Assembly (NCBI GenBank): GCA_016188575.1 | Contig: JACPHN010000268.1 | Span: 916-64,915, forward strand | Reading direction: 5' to 3' | DNA length: 64,000 nucleotides | From: Candidatus Schekmanbacteria bacterium | GTDB lineage: Bacteria; CSSED10-310; JACPHN01 | Shown: piece after piece, positions 1 to 8,973 of the stretch | How positions within the stretch are numbered: position 1 is the stretch's first letter | Layout of the letters: every line of letters starts with the position of its first letter | Notes under the pieces: model-generated | Told to the model about the DNA's origin: nothing | Databases searched by the model: none | What the model saw: only the letters and a program-made list of their open reading frames with translations | Position numbers and translations under genes: made by a program

Positions 1-139
1 CAGGAGAAACCGGATGGCGCTCACGTCGCCGTAGTAGGCGCACCACTCGATCAGGCGCACGGCGCGATGGGTCGCGGTCGCCGGCTGGCCTGACGCCACG
101 TACGGCCACACCAGGTCGGTCCGGCCCGCTTCGATCCGC

Positions 140-2077
140 TCAAGCAGCTCTTCCATCGCCATTTTCCACCCCGCACCCCGCGCGCTGCAATCGCGTCGCC
201 TCCCCGTGCGCGCCCACCGCCGCGCCGTCCAGGAACGCCCGGCACCACAGCTCGAACGACATCATCGTCCACAGGTGCAGGTCGAGCTCGCGGCCGCGCT
301 GGTGGCGCGCAATCAGCGTCTCGACGTAGCGCCGATCGAACCAGCCCCGCCCGAGGCAGGACGGCGACAGCAGCAGCTCGCGCACGAAGCCGCCGAGCTC
401 GCCGCGGAACCAGCGCCCCAGCGGGATCGCAAACCCCGACTTGGGCCGGTCCAGGATCGCGTCGGGCAGAATGCCGCGCAGCGCCTCCTTGAAAACGTGC
501 TTGCGGACTCCGCCGGCAACCTGCAGCTCGGGCGGGATCGCCGCCGCGAGCTCCACGATCTTGTGATCGAGCAACGGCACGCGCGCCTCGATCGAGCACG
601 CCATGCTCATGCGGTCGACCTTTGTCAGGATGTCGAGCGGCAGGTAGTTTTTCAGATCCAGATACTGCAGCGCCGACAGCCAGCTCCCCGGGACGCGGCC
701 GAGCGACTCCAGAGCAGGCGTCCGCGGATCCGTTCCCAGGAGCTCCGACCACAGCTCCGGGCGAAAGAGCCGGCGCAGCGATTCCGCGCGGAAGAGCGTA
801 CCGGCGTCCAGATACCGCTGGGCGCCGCGCAGCGACTTGTGATGCAGGTAGTTGTGGCCGCGAACGCCCTCCGGCACCACCGCCGCGAGCCAACCGAAGA
901 CCTTGCGCCTCGCCTCGGGACGCCGATCCCACTCCCGCTCGCGCGCCTCGACCGCGTATTTGTCGTAGCCCGCGAACAGCTCGTCGCCGCCGTCTCCCGA
1001 CAGTGCCACCGTGACGTGCTCCGACGCGAGCTTGGAGACCATGTAGGTGGGAATCGCCGAGGTGTCGCCGAACGGTTCGTCCAGATACCACGCGAGATTC
1101 TCCACGATGTCGAGCACGTCGGGCTCCAGCACGAGCTCGGTGTGGATGGTCTGAAACTGCTGGGCGACGGCGCGGGCCGCGGCGAGCTCGTTGTAATCCG
1201 CCTCGGGGAAGCCGATGGAAAAGGTGCGCACGGGTTCGCCGCCGAGGCGGGCCATGGTGGCGACGACGGCAGACGAATCGACGCCGCCGCTCAAGAAGGC
1301 GCCGAGCGGCACGTCGCTCACGAGGTGTAGGCGCACGGACTCCTCGAGCAGCGCGCGCAGCTCGGCGACGTAGTCGTCGAGGCGACGGCCGGGACGGGGC
1401 TGGAAGTCGACGTCCCAGTACGACCGCGCCGCGGGCTCGCGGTCCGGGTCGGCAGCGAGCAGGTGCCCGGCCTCCAGCTTGTGGACGCCCGCGATGATGC
1501 TTTCCTGTCGCGGCGTCGTCAAGAACGTGAACAGATGCCGCACCGCCGCCCAGTTGAGCTCCCGGCCGACCTCGCGAACCTGCAGCATCGCCTTGAGCTC
1601 GGACGCGAACACGACGCTGTCGTTCACCCGCGCCCAGAACAGCGGCTTGATTCCGAGCCGGTCGCGGGCCAACAGCAGGTGCCGCCGGCGCTCGTCCCAC
1701 AGCGCGAACGCGAACATGCCGCGCAGCTCCTGCACGCAGTCTTCGCCGTAGTCTTCGTAGAGGTGCACGATGCACTCGGTATCCGTCCCGGTGCGAAACA
1801 CGTGCCCGCGCGCCTCGAGCTCGCGGCGCAGCTCCTTGAAGTTGTAAATCTCCCCGTTGAAGACGACCCAGATGGTGCCGTCCTCGTTGGCGATCGGCTG
1901 CTCGCCGGTGCAGAGGTCGATGATGCTCAGCCGGCACATCCCCAGGGCGACGTTGCCCGCGACGCGAAAGCCGCGGTGATCGGGCCCCCGGTGGCTCAGC
2001 GTCGCCGCCATGGCCTCCAGCTCGCCGGCGCTCGCCGGCCTACCGTCGAAGTTGATACGGCCTACGATGCCACACAT
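140..2077 (-). CDS. asnB: Asparagine synthetase (glutamine-hydrolysing), AsnB-like amidotransferase; terminal gene of the EPS operon (exosortase-system-associated amidotransferase type)
   Basis: Protein begins MCGIVGRINFDG, the N-terminal Cys nucleophile of class-II glutamine amidotransferases, followed by an Asn-synthetase domain (646 aa). Start placed at the internal ATG (cat at 2075-2077). The 267 upstream codons of the stop-to-stop ORF are Arg/Gly-rich noise and overlap the flippase gene. Confidence 0.85.
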   Translation of the reverse strand: MCGIVGRINFDGRPASAGELEAMAATLSHRGPDHRGFRVAGNVALGMCRLSIIDLCTGEQPIANEDGTIWVVFNGEIYNFKELRRELEARGHVFRTGTDTECIVHLYEDYGEDCVQELRGMFAFALWDERRRHLLLARDRLGIKPLFWARVNDSVVFASELKAMLQVREVGRELNWAAVRHLFTFLTTPRQESIIAGVHKLEAGHLLAADPDREPAARSYWDVDFQPRPGRRLDDYVAELRALLEESVRLHLVSDVPLGAFLSGGVDSSAVVATMARLGGEPVRTFSIGFPEADYNELAAARAVAQQFQTIHTELVLEPDVLDIVENLAWYLDEPFGDTSAIPTYMVSKLASEHVTVALSGDGGDELFAGYDKYAVEAREREWDRRPEARRKVFGWLAAVVPEGVRGHNYLHHKSLRGAQRYLDAGTLFRAESLRRLFRPELWSELLGTDPRTPALESLGRVPGSWLSALQYLDLKNYLPLDILTKVDRMSMACSIEARVPLLDHKIVELAAAIPPELQVAGGVRKHVFKEALRGILPDAILDRPKSGFAIPLGRWFRGELGGFVRELLLSPSCLGRGWFDRRYVETLIARHQRGRELDLHLWTMMSFELWCRAFLDGAAVGAHGEATRLQRAGCGVENGDGRAA

Positions 2078-3657
2078 CGCGAATCTCCTTTGCGTTTTTC
2101 CGCCGGCGGGGCGGGGGTCCCGGGATGGAGCGCCGCGCCGCGACGCGGGCGGCCGCGGCCACGGCCACAAGCCGAGGCGAAACGCCGTGCGAGCGACGTG
2201 ACTCTCGTCACCAGCTCGCGGTCGAGCAAGCTCATCCACGACAGCACCGGGAGCGCACAGCCCACGAACGTCACTGCCGTCGCCACCAGGGAGAGCGCGG
2301 GGCCGCCTCCCAACAGCGCCCGCACGGCCAGCGCCGGCACGGCGAGCAGCGCGCACGCGAGCGCCAACCGGCCCAGGTCGCGCCAGGGCAATACCCGGCT
2401 CGCAGGCACGCCCAGCATCTGCCGCAGGTGCCACAGCGTCATGGTCTTGGCAAAAGCGTTGCCGAGCACCGTGACCAGCACCGCGCCGGCGAGCCCCAGC
2501 CCGAGCAGCAGCGGCACCAGCAGCGCCGCGACGAACAGGAGGCGCGCCAGGTTTTGCACGAGCAGGAAACGGGTCTGCGCGTACGCCCGCAACACAGCAT
2601 CGGTTTGCAGCGCCGAGAGCGGCAAGAGCGCGAGCCAGATCATGAAGATGGGAACGCTGCCCTGATAGCGCTCCGTAAAGAGCAGGACGATGAGGTCGGG
2701 CGCCGTCAGCAGGAGCAGCGCGGCGACCGGAAAAAAGACCATGGCGAGCTTGCGGGTCGTGTCGTGCCAGATCGCCCGCGCCGCCTCCTGGTCCCCCTGG
2801 TGCACGGCCTTGCTCATCCCCACCATCAGCACGTTGCCACCCGACTGCGCCAGGAAGTCGACGAGCGGCACTTGCAGGCACCCTACCGAGTAGACCGCGA
2901 AGACCGCGGCCGAAAACTGGTAGGCGACCGCATACTGGTGAAGATTGACGATGAGCGTGTCGACGATGATCGCGAGCTGAAAGGGGATCGTGTACGCGAG
3001 CTGCTCCCCGAGGATGGCGCCGCGGCGCGGGGCGGCGTCGCGGGCCGGGACCCCGTGCACCACGCCGAGCGTCGTGACGAGCCGCAGCACCCCGTGAGCG
3101 ATCGCGCCCAGCAGCACGCCGCGCAGCCCGCCGAGAACCAGTCCCACGGACAGCAACAGCGCCGCCCGCGCGACGTCCGACAGCGCGTACGCCGCCGACG
3201 CTCGCCAGTGCTGGCCGCTAGCCACCAGCACGATCTCCAGCGGCGCCGACATCAGGGTCAGCGCCAGATACACGCCGATGAGCGGCAGATACGGGCCGAG
3301 CCGGGGGTTGGCGAACAGGCCCGCGATCGCCTCGCTCCCCGCCCACAGCGCCGCGAGGCAGCAGAGCCCCGACAGCCCGAGCACGGCGACGGCGTTGCTC
3401 GCGAAGCGCCTGCGCCCCGCGCTTGCCCGGGGGACGAAGTAATACAGACTCTCCGCCATCCCGAGCTGCGCGAGCGCGAACAGCGTCGTGAATACCAGAA
3501 AGAGCTGGCGATAGGTGCCGAACTCGGTCTGGTCGAAGACGCGCGCGAGCACCACGGGGATGAAGAAGGTCGCCGCGAATCCTACCGCGCGCCCGGCCAT
3601 GAGCAGATACGCCGGCCCGAAGCTCCAGGGGCGGTTGCCGCGGTCCTCGTCACTCAT
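2062..3657 (-). CDS. Polysaccharide/oligosaccharide flippase of the MOP (Wzx-like) family
   Basis: 531-aa protein, hydrophobic throughout with ~12 predicted TM segments, typical of Wzx/MOP flippases. ATG at 3657 (cat 3655-3657). It overlaps the upstream ligase-like gene by 8 bp and the asnB start by 16 bp, consistent with an operon. Confidence 0.7.
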   Translation of the reverse strand: MSDEDRGNRPWSFGPAYLLMAGRAVGFAATFFIPVVLARVFDQTEFGTYRQLFLVFTTLFALAQLGMAESLYYFVPRASAGRRRFASNAVAVLGLSGLCCLAALWAGSEAIAGLFANPRLGPYLPLIGVYLALTLMSAPLEIVLVASGQHWRASAAYALSDVARAALLLSVGLVLGGLRGVLLGAIAHGVLRLVTTLGVVHGVPARDAAPRRGAILGEQLAYTIPFQLAIIVDTLIVNLHQYAVAYQFSAAVFAVYSVGCLQVPLVDFLAQSGGNVLMVGMSKAVHQGDQEAARAIWHDTTRKLAMVFFPVAALLLLTAPDLIVLLFTERYQGSVPIFMIWLALLPLSALQTDAVLRAYAQTRFLLVQNLARLLFVAALLVPLLLGLGLAGAVLVTVLGNAFAKTMTLWHLRQMLGVPASRVLPWRDLGRLALACALLAVPALAVRALLGGGPALSLVATAVTFVGCALPVLSWMSLLDRELVTRVTSLARRFASACGRGRGRPRRGAALHPGTPAPPAEKRKGDSRCVAS

Positions 3658-5107
3658 GAACGCCCCGGTCGGCCGCCGGCTCCGGCTGCGGTTGCCGGCT
3701 CACCGCCCGAGTCGCCGCAACCAGCGCGATGAGCAGGTAGGGGAACCAGCTCAGCACGAAGCCGCCTGCCAGGCCACACGCCAGAAAACCCCACAGCGAG
3801 GCGTGCAGCGCGAAGGCGAGCGGGGCGATCAGGTGCGCGTTTCGCCCGCCCCCCACGCCGCCCACACCGCCCACACCGCCCAGCCCGGCGCGCTCGCCGC
3901 CCGCGCGGCCCCGCCGCGCCAGGCGGCCCGTGCCGACCAGCGCCGCCGCCAGCATCCCGGCAAACGGCACGAACCCCGCCAGACCCGTCTCGGCAAGCGC
4001 CTGAACCAGCGTGTTGTGGCTGTGCAGCCAGCCGTTGGACGGCGCGTCCGCCGGCGCATACAGCGGCCAGCCAAGCATGGAGCAACCCAGCCCGACCCCG
4101 GTCAACGGCCGATCCGCGAACATCTCCAGCCCCACGCGAATCGTCCACAGCCGTTCCTGAACCGTCGTATCCGCCCGCAACCCGGAAAACCCCTCGTCGC
4201 GCGTCCACAGCCGGTCTGCGAACGCCAGGCAGACGATCCCCCCGGCAACCGCCAGGACCCACACGGAGAGCTTGCGCGAGCGCAGCACGCTCAGCCCGAT
4301 CACCACCGCCAGCGCCAGCAGCCCGCCGCGCGAAAACGTCACGAAGATCGCCGGCAGGTAGATCGCCGCGACGCCATACAGGGCCGCGCGCCGCGGCAAG
4401 CTGCCGTCGCGCGCCAGGTACAGCGCCAGCGGCAGGAGAATGACCAGACTGTAGGCGAGCTCGTTGGGGTTTTCGAAAATCCCGATCCAGCCGGCGCGGG
4501 ACCCCTCTACAAGCTGACCGGTCGCGTAGTGCTGCAAGGTGCCGAGGGCGGGAAACAAGCCCCCGACGACCATCACGGTCGCGATGCCGCGGAGGCGTCC
4601 GAGATCCGTGGCGACATTCAGCACGAGCAAGGACACGGCGGCCATCTTTGCCAGATCCGCGAGCTGCTCGGCGGCATACCCCGGCCACAGCGCGCCGGCG
4701 ACCGACAGCGCGGCGGCGGCGACGAAGCCGAGCAACAGGTAGCTTTCCGGCCACACCAGGCGGAACGCACGTTCCGCCACCACCAGCTCGACGGCCAGCA
4801 CGACGAGCGCCAGCAACGCCACCGCCTGCGCCGGCCGCACCGCTTCCAGCGCCGGGACCAGCAGCGCCGCATTGGAGTAGAGCAGGGCCAAAAAGAGCAG
4901 CACGAGCCAGTAGGACAGGCGCCCGCGACGGGCGCCGTGCCGCCGGTCGCTCCCCAGCGGCCCCTCCACCTCACCTCCCCGCGCTTGCGGGGGGCGGCCT
5001 CCAAGCTCTCTCTCTCCCCCCGCTTGCCGGGGAAGGAAGGCAGCGGGGTATGATCGCAGTGGTCGCGTGGCCGCGTCCTGCCGATATTTGACACCGCTTG
5101 CCGTCAT
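3650..5107 (-). CDS. O-antigen ligase / polymerase family protein (Wzy_C; exosortase-associated O-glycosylation ligase type)
   Basis: Multi-TM protein carrying the ligase-family motif (…WLHSHNTLVQALAETGLAG…) in a large periplasmic loop. ATG at 5107 forms an ATGA overlap with the wecB stop. The first ~60 codons are low-complexity and coincide with a GC-rich palindromic repeat, so the true start may be further downstream (~4930). A Gly-rich GGVGGVGGVGGG loop is encoded by a 9-bp tandem repeat. Confidence 0.7.
   Translation of the reverse strand: MTASGVKYRQDAATRPLRSYPAAFLPRQAGGERELGGRPPQARGGEVEGPLGSDRRHGARRGRLSYWLVLLFLALLYSNAALLVPALEAVRPAQAVALLALVVLAVELVVAERAFRLVWPESYLLLGFVAAAALSVAGALWPGYAAEQLADLAKMAAVSLLVLNVATDLGRLRGIATVMVVGGLFPALGTLQHYATGQLVEGSRAGWIGIFENPNELAYSLVILLPLALYLARDGSLPRRAALYGVAAIYLPAIFVTFSRGGLLALAVVIGLSVLRSRKLSVWVLAVAGGIVCLAFADRLWTRDEGFSGLRADTTVQERLWTIRVGLEMFADRPLTGVGLGCSMLGWPLYAPADAPSNGWLHSHNTLVQALAETGLAGFVPFAGMLAAALVGTGRLARRGRAGGERAGLGGVGGVGGVGGGRNAHLIAPLAFALHASLWGFLACGLAGGFVLSWFPYLLIALVAATRAVSRQPQPEPAADRGVHE
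4961..5048. repeat. GC-rich imperfect-palindromic dispersed repeat, copy A (two adjacent units in opposite orientation)
   Basis: 4961-4994 reads cccctccacctcacctccccgcgcttgcgggggg and 5011-5048 reads ctctccccccgcttgccggggaaggaaggcagcgggg. Both share the ccccccgc(N4-8)ggaggtgaggtgggg core with copies at 8786, 12426 and 22447. Confidence 0.6.
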
Positions 5108-6267
5108 GCCCGCACTCCCGGCTCCCGAGCGCGCACCTGTCTGCTGCGCACGCCGCGGTACAGCTCCCGGATCTCGGTGCGGTGCTCGTATAGCGCGCTC
5201 ACGATGCGTTCGGCGGCGTGGCCGTCCCACTTTTCGGGGGTCCGCCGGAGCTTCGGCGGGCCCGACAAGATGGCCCGGGCGCTTTCGAGAATGAGGCCGC
5301 CGTCGAAGCCGACCAGCTCGTTGGTGCCCAGGGTCACGGTGATGGGCCGTTCCGTGTTTTCGCGCAGCGTCAGACAGGGCACCCGCAGCATGGTGGATTC
5401 CTCCTGAACGCCGCCGGAATCGGTCATCACGAATCGGCAATCGCGGAGCAGTCGGATGAAGTCGACGTAGTTGAGCGGCGGGATCCTGCGCACGTGGTCG
5501 AGACTTGCGGTCAGCCCGAGACCGCCAAGCTGGGCCGCCGTGCGCGGATGCACCGGAAAGACGATGGGGACGCGTTTGCCGAGCTCTTCTATGATCGCCG
5601 CCAGGTGCGCAAGGCGGCGGGGATCGTCGACGTTCGCGGGGCGGTGCAGTGTGAGCATGGCGTAGTCGCCGTCCTCGAGCTCGAGCCGACTGTGCACGTC
5701 GGACGACGCGATGCTCGGCCACGACCGCCGGAGCGTGTCGGCAAGCACGTTGCCGGTAAAGAAGATCTTCTCGGCGGCGATCCCTTCCTGGCGCAGATTG
5801 GTGATGGCCTGGGGTTCCGTGACGAAGAGGTAATCGGCGATGGCGTCGGTCAGGACGCGGTTGATCTCCTCGGGCATCTCGCGGTCGAAGCTGCGCAGGC
5901 CCGCCTCGACGTGTGCCACCGGGATGCCGAGGCGCGTGGCCGTCAAGGCCGCCGCGAACGTCGAGGCCACGTCGCCGACCACCAGCACCAGGTCGGGGGG
6001 AACGGCCTCCAGATAGTCCTCCAGGCCCTCGAGCAGGCGCGCGGTCTGGTGGCCGGGTGAGCCGGAACCGACGCCGAGGTGGACATCGGGCTCGGGAATG
6101 TGCAGGCCGCGGAAAAAAGAGCTGGAGAGCGACTCGTCGTAGTGCTGGCCAGTGTGGACCAGACGGGGAGCGATGCCCCGATGGCTGGTCATGGCGTCCA
6201 TGAGCGGCGCGATCTTGACGAAGTTTGGCCGGCAACCGACGACACTGACGATGCTCAACGCGTCCAT
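5104..6267 (-). CDS. wecB: UDP-N-acetylglucosamine 2-epimerase (non-hydrolysing)
   Basis: 388-aa protein MDALSIVSVVGCRPNFVKIAPL…HTGQHYD…DSGGVQEE, the characteristic WecB/MnaA family signature. ATG at 6267 (cat 6265-6267); stop at 5104-5106. Confidence 0.85.
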   Translation of the reverse strand: MDALSIVSVVGCRPNFVKIAPLMDAMTSHRGIAPRLVHTGQHYDESLSSSFFRGLHIPEPDVHLGVGSGSPGHQTARLLEGLEDYLEAVPPDLVLVVGDVASTFAAALTATRLGIPVAHVEAGLRSFDREMPEEINRVLTDAIADYLFVTEPQAITNLRQEGIAAEKIFFTGNVLADTLRRSWPSIASSDVHSRLELEDGDYAMLTLHRPANVDDPRRLAHLAAIIEELGKRVPIVFPVHPRTAAQLGGLGLTASLDHVRRIPPLNYVDFIRLLRDCRFVMTDSGGVQEESTMLRVPCLTLRENTERPITVTLGTNELVGFDGGLILESARAILSGPPKLRRTPEKWDGHAAERIVSALYEHRTEIRELYRGVRSRQVRAREPGVRA

Positions 6268-7544
6268 AGCTCGGTCCTCCTGAGGACTGCGTGCGTCGTT
6301 TCGGCCAGGGGTCGACTCTCTGCCAGACCGGCCGAATCGGTGGACGAGGTCATTGTGAGTGACTGCGTCGCAGCGCCCCCCGCCGCAAGCGGGGGGAGGC
6401 AAGGCAGGGGGTCCTGGCGAACGGGCGCTTGATCCAGGTCCGCCGGTCGCTCGGCGTGGCGGTCTGAGCAGGCGCGCAGAACCTCGAAAATGCCGTTGAT
6501 CTGAGCGCTCATGACCGCGCCCGAGAACTGCCCGTCCGCGCCCTTGCAGCAGTTTTCCCACAGGTGTTTGCGCGGCACGGTAAGCTGCGGGAACGCGGCG
6601 TGGCGGTGCCGGCAGGTGGTACAGGCGTGGGCATAGCCGGCCGCCGCGACGGCCTCGACGTCCGCGGCGCTGAACCGGCCGGCGGGGTAGGCGAAGCAGT
6701 CGACGCCGTGGCCGAGCTCGGCGGCGAGCTCCTGGCGCGACTCCGCAAGCTCCCGCCGCACGCGCGCGCGTGATTCGAGCGGCAGGATGATGTGGGTTTG
6801 CGTGTGGGAACCAATGGTGACCCCGGCGCGGTCGAGCGCACGGATGGCCGGCCAGTCCAGGATGCGCAGCTCGTCGAGGTCGCTCTCGTCGACGCCGACT
6901 GCGGACTCCAGCGCCGCGACGAGCTCGCCGAGAGCGGCGCAGGTGACCCGGGCGCAGAGCAGCTCGGTGAGGGTCGCCGCCGACCCGGATCCCGCGGGCA
7001 CCGCCCCAAGGAGCACCTCCGGCGACACGCCGAGTTCCCGCAGCGCCGCAAGCGACAAACAACCGCCTTTCCCCCACCGCGCCGCCGCGGTGTGGAGCAG
7101 CCGGTAGAGGCGGTCGTGCAGCGGAATGCCCGCGCCGCCCGCCAGGTCGGTCACGACGAACACGGTCGCCGGGACGCCGAGCGCGCGGAGGACCGGCAAG
7201 CCGTGCTCGGCCACGTCGCGGTAGCCGTCGTCGAAGGTGACGGCGGCGACGGGGGCGGCGCCTGCCTGATCCGCCCCCTGGTGCGCCGCCGCGAGCTCGT
7301 CCAGCGCGACGAAGCGATGGGAACGCCCCACCCAGCGCAGTTGCCGGGCGAGCATGTCCTGGGTGATCTGCATCGCCGGCATGGCGTGCGCTTCGGACTG
7401 CATCCGCTGCACGACGCGATGGTAGCACAGCACCAGTGGTCGATAGCGCCGCCGCGACACCGCGCCGATTGCCTCCGCGAGGCCCAACGCGTGCAGGCTG
7501 CGCGCCACTGTGCTCTTTATCGTGCGCCGCCAGGGTGCGCTCAT
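6255..7544 (-). CDS. Polysaccharide deacetylase (NodB-homology domain) with a ~150-aa Cys-rich C-terminal extension
   Basis: N-terminal …LVLCYHRVV… and …VTFDDGYRD… motifs are typical of PF01522 deacetylases (PgaB/IcaB-like). ATG at 7544 gives an ATGA overlap with the upstream FemAB-like gene stop. 429 aa. Confidence 0.7.
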   Translation of the reverse strand: MSAPWRRTIKSTVARSLHALGLAEAIGAVSRRRYRPLVLCYHRVVQRMQSEAHAMPAMQITQDMLARQLRWVGRSHRFVALDELAAAHQGADQAGAAPVAAVTFDDGYRDVAEHGLPVLRALGVPATVFVVTDLAGGAGIPLHDRLYRLLHTAAARWGKGGCLSLAALRELGVSPEVLLGAVPAGSGSAATLTELLCARVTCAALGELVAALESAVGVDESDLDELRILDWPAIRALDRAGVTIGSHTQTHIILPLESRARVRRELAESRQELAAELGHGVDCFAYPAGRFSAADVEAVAAAGYAHACTTCRHRHAAFPQLTVPRKHLWENCCKGADGQFSGAVMSAQINGIFEVLRACSDRHAERPADLDQAPVRQDPLPCLPPLAAGGAATQSLTMTSSTDSAGLAESRPLAETTHAVLRRTELWTR

Positions 7545-8755
7545 GGCCGTCCCTCGCGCTGCCGGCGCGCGAGCGCCCGGTCAAGCAGCTTCCGCGCCAT
7601 CCTGCGCGCCCGCCGCTTGAGCTCGCCGGCGCTCCGGCGCAGGCGCCCGCTCATGCCGGGCGGGTAAAGGCGCAAGCATTCGAGCGTCCGCCGCTCTCCC
7701 GCCCACAGATACTTGTAGGGCTCCTCACCGTGAAGAAAGTCGAATTCGGTCACGCCCTCTTCCATGCAGTGCCGGATGACCAGCCCCGCCATGACCAGGC
7801 CGACCCCGCGATCCGCGAGCGCGGGGTCAAAACCGGCCTGGTAATAGAGAAACCTGTGCCCAAAGCGGAACCCGTACACGGCGGCCGCGGGACGCCCGTC
7901 CAGACGCATGAGGAACAGGCGCAACCAGCCCCGTTCCAGCGCCTCCCGGCTCAGCTCCTCATGGAAGTCGCGCAGACTTCGGGTGTGAAAGGCATCGGAG
8001 CCGCCGCGCTCTTGCCAGCGTTTGAAGTGCAGCACCAGCAGATCCTCGAGCGCCTCACGGCGTTCCTGGTCGGTGCCCGCCAGCGCGAAGGAAACCGCGT
8101 AACGCTGCTGCAGCTTGCGGCAGCGGGCGCGGAAGTTCTGCCGATGCCGCGGCCCGAGCGAGGCGATGTAGTCTTCGAACGTCGGCTGCTCGAGGCGGAC
8201 AATGGGGCAGACGTTGGTGGTTGTCGCCGACTGGTGCCATCCCCGCCCGACCAGCCGGGCGGCCAGCCGGCGCGCGAACGATTCTCCGGCAGCGAGCTGC
8301 CCGAGCACCAGCGCTCGGCGCCGCACGGTCACGTGTTTCGCGAGCGCCTCCAGCACCTCCTCTTCGCACCCGTCGCGGACGATGATGTCGAGGTAGTCCG
8401 AGCCGACGCTCCCGGTGCCCAGCAGCTCGAGCGGCGAGAAGGGCCAGCGCTTTCTCATCAGCGGCGCCAGGGCCACCAGCTCCTCGCGACGCCACAGCGC
8501 GATCAGGCGCATGCAGCGCCCCTCGGACAGGTGCTGCCACCACGCCGACATCCACTCCCAGGTCAGGAAGAGCTCCCGGCTCTTGCTATTCTCAAGCAGA
8601 TCGTGCCAGTCGTGGTACAGCCGCAAGAAGGCCAGGCGGCTGCCGATACGTTCCGCCACCAGCCCGCCGGGGGGACTGCTCCGATTCGCCACGAAGGCGG
8701 CTCTGACCTGTTCCGCTGCGAGGATCGGCGGGATATCTACGTTGGCAACGCTCAT
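7541..8755 (-). CDS. FemAB/CelD-like GNAT acyltransferase (PEP-CTERM-locus FemAB-related type)
   Basis: 404-aa protein from MSVANVDIPPILAAEQ…. It is a paralogue of the gene at 10173-11375 (conserved …FLMRLDGRPAAAVYGFRFGHRFLYYQAGFDP… block). Start at 8755 (cat 8753-8755), preceded by GGAAGGGAG 5 nt upstream. The longer stop-to-stop ORF (to 8977) runs through an intergenic palindromic repeat and is rejected. Confidence 0.65.
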   Translation of the reverse strand: MSVANVDIPPILAAEQVRAAFVANRSSPPGGLVAERIGSRLAFLRLYHDWHDLLENSKSRELFLTWEWMSAWWQHLSEGRCMRLIALWRREELVALAPLMRKRWPFSPLELLGTGSVGSDYLDIIVRDGCEEEVLEALAKHVTVRRRALVLGQLAAGESFARRLAARLVGRGWHQSATTTNVCPIVRLEQPTFEDYIASLGPRHRQNFRARCRKLQQRYAVSFALAGTDQERREALEDLLVLHFKRWQERGGSDAFHTRSLRDFHEELSREALERGWLRLFLMRLDGRPAAAVYGFRFGHRFLYYQAGFDPALADRGVGLVMAGLVIRHCMEEGVTEFDFLHGEEPYKYLWAGERRTLECLRLYPPGMSGRLRRSAGELKRRARRMARKLLDRALARRQREGRP

Positions 8756-8785
8756 GGCGACTCCCTTCCTGAATCCACTACTTTC

Positions 8786-8819
8786 CACGCCTCCCCCCGC
8801 TTGTGGAGGTGAGGTGGGG
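8786..8819. repeat. GC-rich imperfect-palindromic dispersed repeat, copy B (intergenic)
   Basis: cacgcctccccccgcttgtggaggtgaggtgggg. A C-rich arm pairs with a G-rich arm (ggaggtgaggtgggg is the reverse complement of ccccacctcacctcc). Confidence 0.6.
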
Positions 8820-8973
8820 TGGAATGCTCCCCTCTGTGGATCCTGAGTAAGGTGGCCCCGCCGAGCTCTTCGAGCAACGGTCCCCCCAGCCTCCGGGAGA
8901 GGGGCCTCGGAAGTGTAGTAGAGGAACCGGCTTCCGAGCTCATTGGGGCCACCTATGTAAACACGTGCGGTGC

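Noticed and set aside
206-1330. 374-aa ORF on the plus strand opposite asnB, and many similar long antisense or out-of-frame ORFs in the track (51-1937, 2125-3732, 3515-5053, 5218-6060, 7436-8812, 12419-13852, 14287-16350, 30766-32331, 40880-41941, 52663-53805 and others)
   Set aside because: Their products are Arg/Ala/Gly/Pro-rich low-complexity strings with no motifs, and they are fully contained in well-supported genes on the other strand. They are typical stop-codon-poor artefacts of ~70% GC DNA.
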